DNA of 64,000 nt, taken from Acidobacteriota bacterium. GTDB taxonomy: Bacteria > Acidobacteriota > UBA6911 > RPQK01 > CBDAPI01. A program made the translations under genes and the position numbers. The stretch lies in contig OZ240092.1 of assembly GCA_965197285.1 (NCBI GenBank), forward strand, positions 2,660,280 to 2,724,279, in the 5' to 3' direction. Positions within the stretch are counted from its first letter, which is position 1, and every line of letters starts with the position of its first letter. Shown here in pieces: positions 40,067-53,883 of the stretch. Below the pieces are notes generated by a model that did not search any database, was not told the DNA's origin, and worked only from the letters and a program-made list of their open reading frames with translations.

Positions 40067-41104
40067 TCACTCCTGGATCGCCGCGTCGGTTCCCGATCCA
40101 TCGTACAGGTCCCGGGCCTGGGGAGTGAACGAGAACCACCTGGCGATATCGGCATCGCTAACGCGTCGGCAGGATTCCAGCCTCGCCCGCTTGGCTCGGA
40201 AGCGGCTGCGGGCGCGGAACGCCTCCAGCAAGGCTGCAAACGAGCTTCGCTCAAAGACAGCCAGGTAAACCAGGATGCCGGCGTCCCGCAACCAGGCATA
40301 GGGAAAGCAGCGCCGCCGTACGGCAGGCCCCATGTTTTTCATTCGCATCAGATAGCGATTCTTGACGGAATGGTAGTTGATCAGGGGATTGAGTTTGCGC
40401 CGCCGGCCGGGAAGGACATGGCGATGGTGACCTGCTGTTGCGGCGGGCACGTAGAGAGCTTTCCAGCCCGCTATTTGCGCTCTCCACGCCAGCTCCGCAT
40501 CCTCGCGGTAGGCAAAGAAATCCTCATCCAGAAACTCCCCGGTGCACTCCACGAGATCATCGACCAGGCTTTGGCGGCACAAGACGGCCGCCCCCGTCAC
40601 ACCAAACACGAATTGGGCGTCGTCGTACTGGCCGCGGTCGGGGAGGCCGCTGCCCCGGTCGAAGTGCCGCTGCGAGGGAGTGAAATAGATGCCGGTGCTG
40701 TCGAGAACAGAAGCTCCCTGGTGAAGAATCCTGCGGCCTTCCGGGTCCATCCGCAGCAGCTTTCCTCCCGTCGTACCCACTTCTCGGCGGGCTTCCATTG
40801 CGTCTATCAGGTGTCGAATGTAGTCAGGAGCGAGCTTCACGTCGGCGTTGAGAAGAAGGGCGTAGTCAAAACCTCGAGCTACGAGATTCAGATTGTGACC
40901 CGCGGCGTAGCCGATGTTCGTGGGACTGATTCTGACCCGCGCCCCCCATCGGCGGGCGATCTGCACGCTTTCGTCGGTAGAGGCGTTGTCATGAATCGTG
41001 ACGGTTACGGGCACTGTTTGACGGGCCAGCGCTTCCAGGCACCCGGCCAGGAAGAGCTCGTCATTGAACGTCACCAGGCTGACCAGAACGCGCTTTTCGC
41101 TCAC
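40067..41104 (-). CDS. GT2-family glycosyltransferase (probable GTG start overlapping upstream stop as GTGA)
   Basis: GT-A motifs (VSLVTFNDE...DNASTDES...NADVKLAPDY). The ORF track extends to 41326, but upstream of 41104 is probably a frame artefact. Confidence 0.7.
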   Translation of the reverse strand: MSEKRVLVSLVTFNDELFLAGCLEALARQTVPVTVTIHDNASTDESVQIARRWGARVRISPTNIGYAAGHNLNLVARGFDYALLLNADVKLAPDYIRHLIDAMEARREVGTTGGKLLRMDPEGRRILHQGASVLDSTGIYFTPSQRHFDRGSGLPDRGQYDDAQFVFGVTGAAVLCRQSLVDDLVECTGEFLDEDFFAYREDAELAWRAQIAGWKALYVPAATAGHHRHVLPGRRRKLNPLINYHSVKNRYLMRMKNMGPAVRRRCFPYAWLRDAGILVYLAVFERSSFAALLEAFRARSRFRAKRARLESCRRVSDADIARWFSFTPQARDLYDGSGTDAAIQE

Positions 41105-41955
41105 GAGCCCTGGGCAGCCCTCAGCGGGGGCAGCAGGTACTGCCGGGTGAGACTTCCGAACTGAATCGGAAGCCACAGAAGGAGGAATCGATACGGGTGA
41201 TGTTTCTTCAGGTATCGCAGCAGATTGCCATAGAACAGCCGGGTAAACAGACGGCGTCCCAGGTGGGGCACCGAAACCCCTCCGACATGCACCGCGTGGG
41301 CGTTCTCTTTGAAAAGGATGCGCCATCGAGCGGGCTGCAGCCGCTTGCAGAAATCGACATCTTCGAACCAGGCCGGCCAGAATCGCTCGTCGAACCCGCC
41401 CAACTCGTCCCAGGCGCTGCGACGAATCATCCAGTAGGCTGCCGCCGGTTGAACCGAGTCAGCAAGCCAACCTGATTTCATTCGTAGAGGGGGCTTCTTG
41501 GAGAGGACCCTGAGCAGCTCTTCCAGGCCGAGAACGTCGCCGAGAACGGAGAAAAAAGTCGGAAGCTCGCGAAACTGAAAGCGGGTTTGCGGAACACCAT
41601 CTTCACCGAAAAGCGGACCGCAGGCAATGGCGGAGCCCTTCTCGTTGAGAATCGATTCATGGAGTCGCCTGGCACTCTCGGGGGAAATCAGGGTGTCGGA
41701 GTTGAGCAGAAGCACGAAGCGGCTCGTAGTGCTTTGAACGGCCTGATTGGCTGCCGCCGCGAATCCGCGGTTGGTGTGATTCTCGATCAGGCGGACACCC
41801 TGCACCCTTCGAACCTCTTCGGGACTGGCGTCACGGGAGTGATTGTCGGCTACGACGACTTCATCCACGATTCCGACCAGGGCGGAGACCGAGTCGAGGC
41901 AGCGACGCAAGTGGGAGGCGGCGTTCCAGTTAATGATGATGATGCTCAGGTCCAT
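41101..41955 (-). CDS. GT2-family glycosyltransferase
   Basis: MDLSIIIINWNAASHLRRCLDSV...VVADNHSRD...LNSDT motifs. Confidence 0.8.
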   Translation of the reverse strand: MDLSIIIINWNAASHLRRCLDSVSALVGIVDEVVVADNHSRDASPEEVRRVQGVRLIENHTNRGFAAAANQAVQSTTSRFVLLLNSDTLISPESARRLHESILNEKGSAIACGPLFGEDGVPQTRFQFRELPTFFSVLGDVLGLEELLRVLSKKPPLRMKSGWLADSVQPAAAYWMIRRSAWDELGGFDERFWPAWFEDVDFCKRLQPARWRILFKENAHAVHVGGVSVPHLGRRLFTRLFYGNLLRYLKKHHPYRFLLLWLPIQFGSLTRQYLLPPLRAAQGS

Positions 41956-41985
41956 GCGGACGGGAAGCTCCGGGAGTCGAGCGCG

Positions 41986-45410
<3,425 letters not shown>

Positions 45411-45419
45411 GCCGGTGCT

Positions 45420-45545
45420 GAAGCTCCGGGGGCTTGTCGTGAAGGCCGCGAAGCGGCCGGAAGGGAATAGCCGTGGGCGCAAGCCCACGGACGACGGCCG
45501 AAACGAAGGAATCAGCCCTGAAGGGGCGACAGATACCGTTCGGAG
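45420..45545. repeat. mosaic intergenic repeat, partial copy C
   Basis: Shares ggccggaagggaatagccgtgggcgcaagcccacgga and ccctgaaggggcgacag with copies A and B. Confidence 0.45.
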
Positions 45546-46630
45546 CGGTCTTTGATGTGAGAGAGCACTCGCAGGTGAATGTGATGGATAATGAAGTCGG
45601 ACCACCACCGCCAGTAGGGCGCAGGCCACATCCGGTGCCGATACCACGTCGTCCCCAGAAGCCTTGTTCGTCCTTTCGGTAGCGACTCGAGCCGGAACTC
45701 GCCGGCTTTGGACTCCAGAAAACCCTCCAGATGAGGAGGATGAATGCTCCGGTAAGGCGTCCACTCCTCCATGGGAGGAGGGTTTTCGGTGACCGAAAAC
45801 TTCAAGCGTCGGGGGGCGTCCCAGATCTGGATGGGCTCGACGAACGGTCCCGTCGAAAAGATGCAGTGTCGAACGGCTCCAGGGCCGCTTCCATGAATCT
45901 CCGCTCGCACCGGGTAGGCGATCCCGATCTTGAAGAGCCAGTGCTCGGGAGGGCCCAGTTCAGCAAAGGAAATGACGTGGGGCCAGACTCGATCGGGAGG
46001 GGCGTCCACAATCGTTTCCGAGACGACACTAAAGACCGGCGGGCTGGGATTGAGCCGGTTCTCGACCAGAGACGTGAAGCACAATAACCCGGCTAGCGGG
46101 ACTGCCTGCATGGTGAAGGAGAAGCGCCGAGCGTGGCGCTGAATCGCATACCCCGGCAACGCTCCTCCCACGGCCAGCACCCAGGCCAGGGGAAACGCCA
46201 TGACGATGCACACGAGTCCCTCGAAGGCCAGGGCCAGCAGCAGCAGACACCCGCACAGCAGCGAGAGAGTGGCGACAAAGATACAGGGACCCGGCGAACG
46301 GTACTGATGGAAGGAGTAGATCAGGGTGGCGAAGAACCCGATGCAAAACGGAACTCCCACAAAGAGACTCCATCCATAGGCCACCGCCACCGTAGTCGCC
46401 AGCCACACCGTAGGCAACAGGAGAAGCAGGGTCAAGACCACTCCCAGGGCGGCGCTCCCGAGTGGATGGTGGGGAATCCACAGGTGCAGCACTCTCCTCT
46501 CGGACCGGGCCGGGCGCTGTTTCCACTCCCTGGCACCCGGGAGCACAGAGAGCAACAAGAAAAAGAGAAGATTCACCATCGGGACGAAGAACAGCATGGC
46601 CAGCCAGGCCGGCTGTCCCCTGCTCCTCAT
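45512..46630 (-). CDS. membrane protein with C-terminal SRPBCC (polyketide-cyclase-like) domain (ORF track to 46741; start ambiguous)
   Basis: N-terminal TM helices. C-terminal ...ETIVDAPPDRVWPHVISFAELGPP... fold motif. Confidence 0.5.
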   Translation of the reverse strand: MRSRGQPAWLAMLFFVPMVNLLFFLLLSVLPGAREWKQRPARSERRVLHLWIPHHPLGSAALGVVLTLLLLLPTVWLATTVAVAYGWSLFVGVPFCIGFFATLIYSFHQYRSPGPCIFVATLSLLCGCLLLLALAFEGLVCIVMAFPLAWVLAVGGALPGYAIQRHARRFSFTMQAVPLAGLLCFTSLVENRLNPSPPVFSVVSETIVDAPPDRVWPHVISFAELGPPEHWLFKIGIAYPVRAEIHGSGPGAVRHCIFSTGPFVEPIQIWDAPRRLKFSVTENPPPMEEWTPYRSIHPPHLEGFLESKAGEFRLESLPKGRTRLLGTTWYRHRMWPAPYWRWWSDFIIHHIHLRVLSHIKDRSERYLSPLQG

Positions 46631-46789
46631 TTTACCCGCCGTATCGACCCCGACAGGCGCGATCGATATTTCTGTAATTTCTGAATAAACTATATGTTCG
46701 GTTATAAATGTTTGCATGTCAACTCCCGATCTGCATGTCAACTCCCGAGTTGACGGGCCCGGACCCGAGGGAGCAAGCTGGTGCGCTAG

Positions 46790-48442
46790 CCCGGATTATG
46801 CAAGAACCGTAGTTCGGTGTTGAAAAACGACTCGAGAAGTGGCCCAACTCGGAAGCGGGCAGGTGTGACAGGCGGATTTGCGAAGAATATGGGTTGGCGA
46901 GGCGTTTGAGTGGTTTGGGGAGTGAATTTCAGACAGATCTGGGCCTGGATGAGTGTCGGAAGCGGTTTTTCGGGGGAGCTGGGAAAAGCTAACTGGAGTT
47001 CAGGCGACTCAAGACGAGGTGGAAGAGGGGTTGTTCGGGGAAGGCTGAGGAAAGATGGACCCAGATGCGTCGAGTGGTTTGTCGGATCCGGGCCCCAATC
47101 TTGAGGACCCGACGACGTAAGGTTTCGATTTCGAGCTTGTGCCAGGGGGTTCCGTGAAGATAGTCGCGCAGGCGCACGAACATCTGGTAAGCCAGTGCAT
47201 GCAGGAGGAGTCGAAACTGATTGGCCAGGAATCGATGACAGCTGAGTCGGTCCATGCTCAGATGATTCTTGAAGGCCTTGATGAAGTTCTCGGTCTGCCC
47301 TCGGTTTGTGTAGTGGTCATAAAGTGATTGGGAGCAGAGATCGTCCCGGTTGGTAACTACAAAGCGACGATTGATGCCACGCTGATCGACCTCCACTTTG
47401 ACAATGACGCGACGGGATCGATCCCAGCTGTGGGCTCGATAAAGAAACTCGTCAAACTGACGCTGTTTTTCCTCCAGCTCAAGGAACCTCAGCCGAGTCG
47501 AATCCAGCAGGGGCTCGACCACTCGCTGCAGGCGAGGGTTTCGACTTAACCCAATGACATACTGGAGTTTATTCTCTTCACATTCACAGAACTCGTAGAG
47601 CCGAGGCGTGGCAAAGCCGCTGTCGGCCCGAATCTCAATCTCGACTCCCGGCCCCACTGCTTGTCGGATGGCCTCCACGACTCGCTTCAGAATGGGCACG
47701 ATGTGAGAGGCAGCCCCCTTGTTGCCAGGTCTCAACACGGCACAGACCAGGTCGCCCGTGTCGGCATCGAAGATCAGCAAAGGATGCAGAATGTGGTTTC
47801 GGTAATACCCGTGGTAGAAGGAGAACTCCTGCTGACCGTGAGTGTGGTCGTCGGTACTGTCCAGATCCAGGATGATCTTGCTGGGACGTCTCTTCTTCAG
47901 GGAGCGCACATAACGGCCTAGCAGCCACTGGCTCAGACGCATCAGATCCTTCTTGGTGACGGAGTTCTCCAGGCGGGAGAAAGTCGGCTGGGTGGCCAAA
48001 TCGGGATCGCTCTCTGGCAACTGATCACAGACTGTCTTGAGCATCGGATCCGAGCGCAGCGTATCGGCGTCATTACAGTCTTCGTAGCCGGCCACGATCT
48101 GCAAGACTCGTTGTCGGATCAACTTCAACAGGTCATGACGAACGTAGCGTCGGTCTCGACTTTCCGCAATACACGAACTGAAGCCCTCGCACAATCGATG
48201 TTGACGATCCAGGGATCCAAACAACAACCATCCTGCGTCGGAAGTGAGGCTCCCTCCATCAAAACGCGTCGTGATCTTTCTGTGGCTGTGAAATGGCAGG
48301 GTATTCTGGCAGACTGTTTTTGACATTGCCGTAGCTCCTGTTTAGGGTCTTTGTTTCTCTAAACCCTTTTATATCAGAGGGCTACGGCTTTTTCCTGGAG
48401 CCAGAATCTCACTCGGATTCAGATCTTTTGCATAATCCGGGC
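46790..48442 (-). mobile_element. IS1380-like insertion sequence, copy 2 (inverted relative to copy 1) with CTAG target duplication
   Basis: Same inverted repeats as copy 1. CTAG at 46786-46789 and about 48443-48446. Transposase about 98% identical to copy 1. Confidence 0.8.
46989..48326 (-). CDS. DDE transposase, IS1380-family-like
   Basis: 445 aa. Differs from copy 1 at a handful of residues (KITTRF, QWLLGRY, GPGVEIE). Confidence 0.75.
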   Translation of the reverse strand: MSKTVCQNTLPFHSHRKITTRFDGGSLTSDAGWLLFGSLDRQHRLCEGFSSCIAESRDRRYVRHDLLKLIRQRVLQIVAGYEDCNDADTLRSDPMLKTVCDQLPESDPDLATQPTFSRLENSVTKKDLMRLSQWLLGRYVRSLKKRRPSKIILDLDSTDDHTHGQQEFSFYHGYYRNHILHPLLIFDADTGDLVCAVLRPGNKGAASHIVPILKRVVEAIRQAVGPGVEIEIRADSGFATPRLYEFCECEENKLQYVIGLSRNPRLQRVVEPLLDSTRLRFLELEEKQRQFDEFLYRAHSWDRSRRVIVKVEVDQRGINRRFVVTNRDDLCSQSLYDHYTNRGQTENFIKAFKNHLSMDRLSCHRFLANQFRLLLHALAYQMFVRLRDYLHGTPWHKLEIETLRRRVLKIGARIRQTTRRIWVHLSSAFPEQPLFHLVLSRLNSS

Positions 48443-48444
48443 TA

Positions 48445-50304
48445 GTGGGATTGATGGCCGGGTGTGGCAGAATCGCGCAGAGTCTGGTCGCAGCCGCGGC
48501 GGTGGCCGTGGTCCTGGCGCAGTCTCCCGAAGATTACCTCAAGCAGGCCGATGCCATGGCGGCGCGCCATGAAGTGGACCGGGCCATTGAGATTCTGCAC
48601 AGAGGACTCCAGGCCTTTCCCCGCCATCCCGATGTGCTGACCCGGCTCGGTCTTCTACTGATCGGGGCGGGCCACCTGGAGGCCGGCGATGAGATTCTCT
48701 CCCGAGCCTTGGCCATTCGCCCGCTGGATCGCCGGGCTCTTCAGGGGCGGGCAGAAGCACAACTTCGGCAGGGAGCCCTGTCGGAAGCAGCCGGCTTGTT
48801 CGAGCAAGCCCTTGACCAGCGATCCTCGGACGGGCACATGCGTCATCGGCTGGCGTTCACGCTCTTCGCTCAGGGAAACGATCGCGAAGCTCTCGTCCAG
48901 GCTCGCAAGAGCGTAGAAAAGGTGCCCCTCAGCGTTCCTTACCGGCGCTTCTACGCCTTTCTCCTGCACCTTCAGGGCAAGGCGGACGAATCTCTCGGGC
49001 AGCTGCGAATGGCCTCCAGCCTGGATCCGACCGATATCTCGACGCTGGACGTTCTGAGCCTGCGGGAGTGGCGGGAGGGAAACAGGGACAAAGCGATAGA
49101 GCTGGCAGAGCAGAGGGTCCGACTCGATCCAGAGAACCCTCTGGGTCATCGGACTCTTCATCGGTTCTACCAAGAGATCGGTCGAAGCGAGGATGCGGTC
49201 CGGGCAGAGGAAGCGTGGACGAAGCACCAGGCCGCCTTCGACCTTTACCTCGAGGCTCTTCACGAAGCCGCCCAGGGGCGCCTGGATCAAGCCCACCGGC
49301 TGCTCCGGGAGGCGTTGCAGGTCGCGCCCGACTTCACGACTGCCAAGTTGTATCTGGCGGCTCTGTATTCGCGCCGCGGCGAAGACGACCCGGCGCTGCA
49401 GCTGTACTCCGAGATCCTGAGCAAGCAGCCGACTCAGGCGGTGGCCGTGTCGGAAAGCGCCCGCATCCGTCTCGCTCAAGGATCAGTCGACCTGGCTCTG
49501 TCGACGCTGGAATCAGGCGGTGCCCGAGGTGAGAACGTCGAACTGCTGCGGGGCTACCAGGCCATGCAGCAAAGAGAGTTCCGCACCGCCCTCTCCCATT
49601 TCGAGAGAGTTCGAGCCACCAATCCCCTGCTGCCCGGCCTCCTGCAGCTGGTCGCCTTCTGCCTCAACGAGCTGGGTGATCATGAGGACGCCCTCGAGAA
49701 GCTGGCCATGGCCGCCCGGGTCTCCCCTGCCCAGGCAGAAATTTACTCTCAGGCGGCGGAGATCCAGTTTCAGAAAGCGCAGGCACTGCAGGGTCAGGGA
49801 CGCTGGCGGGACGCCATCGCGAGTTACGAGTCGTTGATTGAGACGACCTCACTACGGGCCGACTACCTGTTGAACCTGGGATACTGCCACCAGCGATTGG
49901 GTCAGCTGGATCAGGCAGTCACTCAGTATCGCAAGGCCCTCAAAATCGAGCCCGGGGCCAGCTGGGCGCGTCTGAACCTTGCTTCGGTTCTCTATCTTCA
50001 GCAGGAGTACGGCCTGTCCGCCGCCGAGTGGCAGACCCTGATCAAGAATGAGCCTTCCGCCCAGTCCTACCACCAGCTCGGTCTCTGCCTCAGTCACCTG
50101 GCCCGTCATCCCGAGGCTGAGCGCGCTTTTGAAAAAGCCCTCTCCCTGGGCGATGACTCTCCCCGGCTGCTTTACGACCTCGGCGTGTGCAGGCTCCGCC
50201 TCAGAAAGAAAGAGTCGGCCTGGCCCTTGATCAATAAAGCGGCCCGGGCCGGCTATCTCCCGGCCCTGCAGCTTTTGGAGCAGGCCAGGGGGCGGCGGCG
50301 GTAA
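48445..50304 (+). CDS. secreted TPR-repeat protein
   Basis: Signal peptide then about 14 TPR-like helical repeats. The GTG start is immediately adjacent to the IS target duplication. Confidence 0.7.
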   Translation: MGLMAGCGRIAQSLVAAAAVAVVLAQSPEDYLKQADAMAARHEVDRAIEILHRGLQAFPRHPDVLTRLGLLLIGAGHLEAGDEILSRALAIRPLDRRALQGRAEAQLRQGALSEAAGLFEQALDQRSSDGHMRHRLAFTLFAQGNDREALVQARKSVEKVPLSVPYRRFYAFLLHLQGKADESLGQLRMASSLDPTDISTLDVLSLREWREGNRDKAIELAEQRVRLDPENPLGHRTLHRFYQEIGRSEDAVRAEEAWTKHQAAFDLYLEALHEAAQGRLDQAHRLLREALQVAPDFTTAKLYLAALYSRRGEDDPALQLYSEILSKQPTQAVAVSESARIRLAQGSVDLALSTLESGGARGENVELLRGYQAMQQREFRTALSHFERVRATNPLLPGLLQLVAFCLNELGDHEDALEKLAMAARVSPAQAEIYSQAAEIQFQKAQALQGQGRWRDAIASYESLIETTSLRADYLLNLGYCHQRLGQLDQAVTQYRKALKIEPGASWARLNLASVLYLQQEYGLSAAEWQTLIKNEPSAQSYHQLGLCLSHLARHPEAERAFEKALSLGDDSPRLLYDLGVCRLRLRKKESAWPLINKAARAGYLPALQLLEQARGRRR

Positions 50305-50451
50305 TCGCCGGTTAGCGCAGCCTGGCTTCCAACCGGCCTGCGGGCCGGTCCCGAAGATGATCTGCTCGGTCACCGGGGCCCGCGGCTGAAACACTCCGGC
50401 AGCCGATCCGTATTGTGCTCCAGAAACACAATAAAGGAGAGATTCAAGACC

Positions 50452-51000
50452 ATGAAACGAAAACTGTTCCTTTCCCTTTTCACTATTGTTTTCATGACCA
50501 CTTCACTGGCTGCTCAGAGAGCGGGCCGGTTCGGGCCGGGCAGAGGGGGTGGCCCCCAGGGAGTTGACTCCGAGGTTGACGGGGCGATCCATATGCGGGA
50601 TCGCTGTTGTCCGGTGATTCCTCCCCGAAAGGTCCTGGGCCGGGTTCTGGAGATGACCGAAGAGTAACTGCTCGAGGTTCAAGCTCTGGCGGAAGCGATT
50701 GCTGCTGAGGTCGGTCCGCTTCGCGAAGAACTCCATGCCCTGGCTGAGGCGTTGAAGGCGGAAGTCGGCTCAGATGATCCCGATCCCTGCACGATTGGCG
50801 ACCTGGTCCTGGCCATCAGGGATCTCAAGGCGAGGATCTGCGCCACGCTGCGCGAGTTCGACGAAGACTTCGAGGCGATCCTGGACGAGGATCAGCTGGA
50901 GAAATGGCTCACGATCAAACATCGGTTCTGTACCGCTCGTGACCGCTGTCGCCCTCACCGGGATCGCCCCGACGACGGCGACGCGAATGACGAAGGCTGA
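50452..51000 (+). pseudogene. Spy/CpxP/ZraP-family periplasmic protein with an in-frame TAA (50665-50667) replacing the Gln of the first LTxxQ motif
   Basis: RBS aaaggagag, signal peptide MKRKLFLSLFTIVFMTTSLAA. ...LEMTEE*LLEVQ... and ...ILDEDQLEKW... sit in the same frame, so one gene of roughly 180 aa once the stop is ignored. Confidence 0.5.
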
Positions 51001-51058
51001 TTTCCAGGACTGTTTCCATCCTCAATCCACCGCACCAGGGGCCGGGGCAACCCGGCTC

Positions 51059-51568
51059 CTAGTGCAGCCCGCACTTTCCCGCCTCAGCAATTCGCTCCAG
51101 CACCTGAAAAGTAAACGGGTATTGGTTGTTTTCGTCCGCCGGGTGAAGCTCGCTGCTTCGGCTTGCCCATCGAGCACGATCGATGTCGGGGAAAAACGAG
51201 TCCCCCTGAATCTCAGCATGGACGATCGTCAGGTAGATACGATCCACGTGTTCGAGGGCCTCTTTGAACAACTCTGAACCGCCTCCAATGAACACCTCAT
51301 CGTCGCCCTGGGCGAGATCCAGCGCCTCGCGCAGGGATCTGGCAACCTTCACGCCCACCGGGCTGTACGCATCGTCCCGGCTCAGCACCAACATTTGCCG
51401 GCCCGGCAGCGGTCGGCCGATCGACTGGAAGGTCTTGCGGCCCACAATCAGGTGATGCCCCATCGTAAGGGCCTTGAAGCGACGCAGGTCCGCGGAGAGC
51501 CTCCAGGGAAGACGGTTGTCGCGCCCGATGACTCCGTTTTCTGAAACCGCTGCGATCAAAGAGATCAT
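51059..51568 (-). CDS. folA: dihydrofolate reductase
   Basis: MISLIAAVSENGVIGRDNRLPW...LIVGRKTF motifs. Confidence 0.85.
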   Translation of the reverse strand: MISLIAAVSENGVIGRDNRLPWRLSADLRRFKALTMGHHLIVGRKTFQSIGRPLPGRQMLVLSRDDAYSPVGVKVARSLREALDLAQGDDEVFIGGGSELFKEALEHVDRIYLTIVHAEIQGDSFFPDIDRARWASRSSELHPADENNQYPFTFQVLERIAEAGKCGLH

Positions 51569-51616
51569 CCCCGGCCCTCCCCGGGGTAGCGAATAGTACT
51601 TCCGGTTATGCAGTAA

Positions 51617-52411
51617 CTACACCGCAATGGGGGCCTTGATGTGGGGCTGGGGATCGTAGCCGACGAGAGTGAAGTCTTCAAATCGAAAATCAAAGATTGA
51701 CTCGACTGCCGGGTTGAGTAGCATGCGCGGCAGCTCTCTGGGTTCTCGACCCAGTTGTTCCCGAGCCTGCTCCACGTGGTTTGAATACAGATGAACGTCG
51801 CCGAACGTATGCACGAACTCACCCGCCCTCAATCCGCACACCTGGGCAACCATGAGCGTCAGCAGAGAGTAGGAAGCGATGTTAAAGGGCACGCCCAGGA
51901 ACACGTCGGCGCTTCTCTGGTACAGCTGGCAGGAGATCCTGCCGTTGCTCACGTAGAACTGAAAGAGTACGTGACAGGGGGGCAAAGCCATGTTCTCGAC
52001 GTCGGCTACATTCCAGGCGCTGACGATCAGCCGCCGTGAAGAAGGATTGGTTCGGATCTGCTCTATGACCCTGGACACCTGATCTATCGTGTCTCCGGCG
52101 GGAGTCGGCCAGGAACGCCACTGATGGCCGTAAACCGGCCCGAGTTCACCCTTGTCATCCGCCCAGTCGTTCCAGATTCTGACTCCATTCTCATTCAGGT
52201 AACGGGTGTTCGTGTCGCCGGCCAGAAACCAGAGCAGCTCGTGAATAATCGACTTCGTGTGAAGCTTCTTGGTCGTCAAAAGTGGAAAACGGTGTTCCAG
52301 ATCAAAACGCGTCTGATAGCCAAAGAGGCTTCGGGTTCCGACCCCGGTACGGTCTTCCCTTTCGACTCCACTGTGGAGGATCTTTTCCAGCAGCTGCAGA
52401 TAAACCCGCAT
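51617..52411 (-). CDS. thyA: thymidylate synthase
   Basis: 264 aa ThyA with active-site region [12 protein letters not shown] and the N-terminal R..Y..LL...G motif. Confidence 0.9.
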   Translation of the reverse strand: MRVYLQLLEKILHSGVEREDRTGVGTRSLFGYQTRFDLEHRFPLLTTKKLHTKSIIHELLWFLAGDTNTRYLNENGVRIWNDWADDKGELGPVYGHQWRSWPTPAGDTIDQVSRVIEQIRTNPSSRRLIVSAWNVADVENMALPPCHVLFQFYVSNGRISCQLYQRSADVFLGVPFNIASYSLLTLMVAQVCGLRAGEFVHTFGDVHLYSNHVEQAREQLGREPRELPRMLLNPAVESIFDFRFEDFTLVGYDPQPHIKAPIAV

Positions 52412-52503
52412 CTTACAGTTATCCGGCAGGGAGCACCGCCTCTCTCGAGACGCAGAGTAGCACAGTCCCCTGCACCCTGCCGACCGGCGGCGCGAGCGCG
52501 ACT

Positions 52504-53883
52504 TCAGGACACTTTGATTCTGAGCCGCTTCATTTTCTGATTCAGGGTGGTTGGAATGGTTTTTAGAACCCGGGCAGTACGGCGCTGATTCCAGTCGTTG
52601 TGCTCCAGCGCCATCAGGATGAGATTTCGTTCGAACTCGGCAACCATCTCTTTGAGCGTGAGCTGGTTGCGGAGAATCTCTTCGGTGGTCATGCTGATGT
52701 GGCTGGAGTCCAGGATCTCCGACGGCAGGTGATCGGGCCGAACGACCCGACCCGGAGGCGCCAGGACCAGCGCCAGCTCGATGACGCTCTCCAGCTCGCG
52801 GACATTACCGGGCCAATCGTGATCGACCAGGGCTTTCAGTGCCTTCGAGTCGATCTGGAAAGGGTTGCCGTCGGCCGCGGGTGTCTTGCTCAGGAAATGC
52901 TTGACGAGAGGGGGAATATCCTCGCGATGCTCGCGCAGCGGAGCCAGGCAGATGTTGGCCGCGTAGAGCCGGCGAAAAAGGTCCTCTCGGAACTCACCGC
53001 CCTCCGTGGCGGCCCTGAGATCGCTCTTGGTGGCAGCCACAATGCGCAAGTCGACGGGCTTGCTCTGGGCGCTTCCAACGGGTCGGATCCGCCGAGTTTG
53101 AATGACCCGAAGCAGTTTTCCCTGCATCTCCGCGGTAAGGGTTCCCACGTCGTCCAGGAACACTGTGCCTCCCTTGGCAGCCTCAAAAAGCCCCTTTTTG
53201 TCCACCAACGCACCCGCAAAGGCGTCCTTCGCGTGTCCAAACAGCTCGGCCTCCAGTAATCCCCGGGGAATCGCACGTGTGTTGACGGCGACGAAGGGAC
53301 CGCCGGCCCGAGCACTCAGTCGGTGGACGGCCCTGGCTGCGAGTTCCTTGCCCGAACCGCTCTCACCGGTGATCAGGACAGTGCTGCCCTGTGGAGCCAC
53401 CCGGCGAATCATGGCGAAGGCATTCTGCATGACTTCGCTCTTACCGACCATATTCTGCATAAAGCAGGTGAGCTTCAGGCTCCTGCGCAGACACTGGTTT
53501 TCCAGCGTCAGCCTGCGTCGCTCGAGGCCGTTGTTGATCACCAGCAGCAGCTCGTCATTCTTGAAAGGCTTCACCAGGTAATCAAAGACTCCCGAGTTCG
53601 TGGCCTCGACTGCGGTTTCCACCGACGCAAAGGCAGTCAGGAGTACGATCTCGACATCCGGGTCAATCGCCCGAATCTTCCTGACCACGTCGAGGCGGCT
53701 CTTCTCGGGAAGTATCAGGTCCAACAAAACAAGGTCGAAGTGCCCGTCCCTGAGGGCCTCTAGTCCTTCCTCACTGGTTTCTACAGCCTGAACGGAAAAG
53801 CCTTTTGAACGGAGGAGCCTGGTGAGAGCGTCTCGAACGACGGGCTCATCATCAATGGCCAGAACAGCGCGCTTCTCGTACAT
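52504..53883 (-). CDS. sigma-54-dependent response regulator (NtrC family: REC, AAA+ and HTH domains)
   Basis: REC domain from [14 protein letters not shown] with D at [21 protein letters not shown]-terminal Fis HTH. Confidence 0.85.
   Translation of the reverse strand: MYEKRAVLAIDDEPVVRDALTRLLRSKGFSVQAVETSEEGLEALRDGHFDLVLLDLILPEKSRLDVVRKIRAIDPDVEIVLLTAFASVETAVEATNSGVFDYLVKPFKNDELLLVINNGLERRRLTLENQCLRRSLKLTCFMQNMVGKSEVMQNAFAMIRRVAPQGSTVLITGESGSGKELAARAVHRLSARAGGPFVAVNTRAIPRGLLEAELFGHAKDAFAGALVDKKGLFEAAKGGTVFLDDVGTLTAEMQGKLLRVIQTRRIRPVGSAQSKPVDLRIVAATKSDLRAATEGGEFREDLFRRLYAANICLAPLREHREDIPPLVKHFLSKTPAADGNPFQIDSKALKALVDHDWPGNVRELESVIELALVLAPPGRVVRPDHLPSEILDSSHISMTTEEILRNQLTLKEMVAEFERNLILMALEHNDWNQRRTARVLKTIPTTLNQKMKRLRIKVS

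Noticed and set aside
48421-48450. One-nucleotide disagreement between my hand-indexed coordinates and the ORF track around the IS1380 copy 2 right end
   Set aside because: The ORF track places the GTG start at 48445 and the minus-strand stop at 48442; my count gives 48446 and 48443. This is not biological. Coordinates near element ends carry +-1 nt uncertainty.
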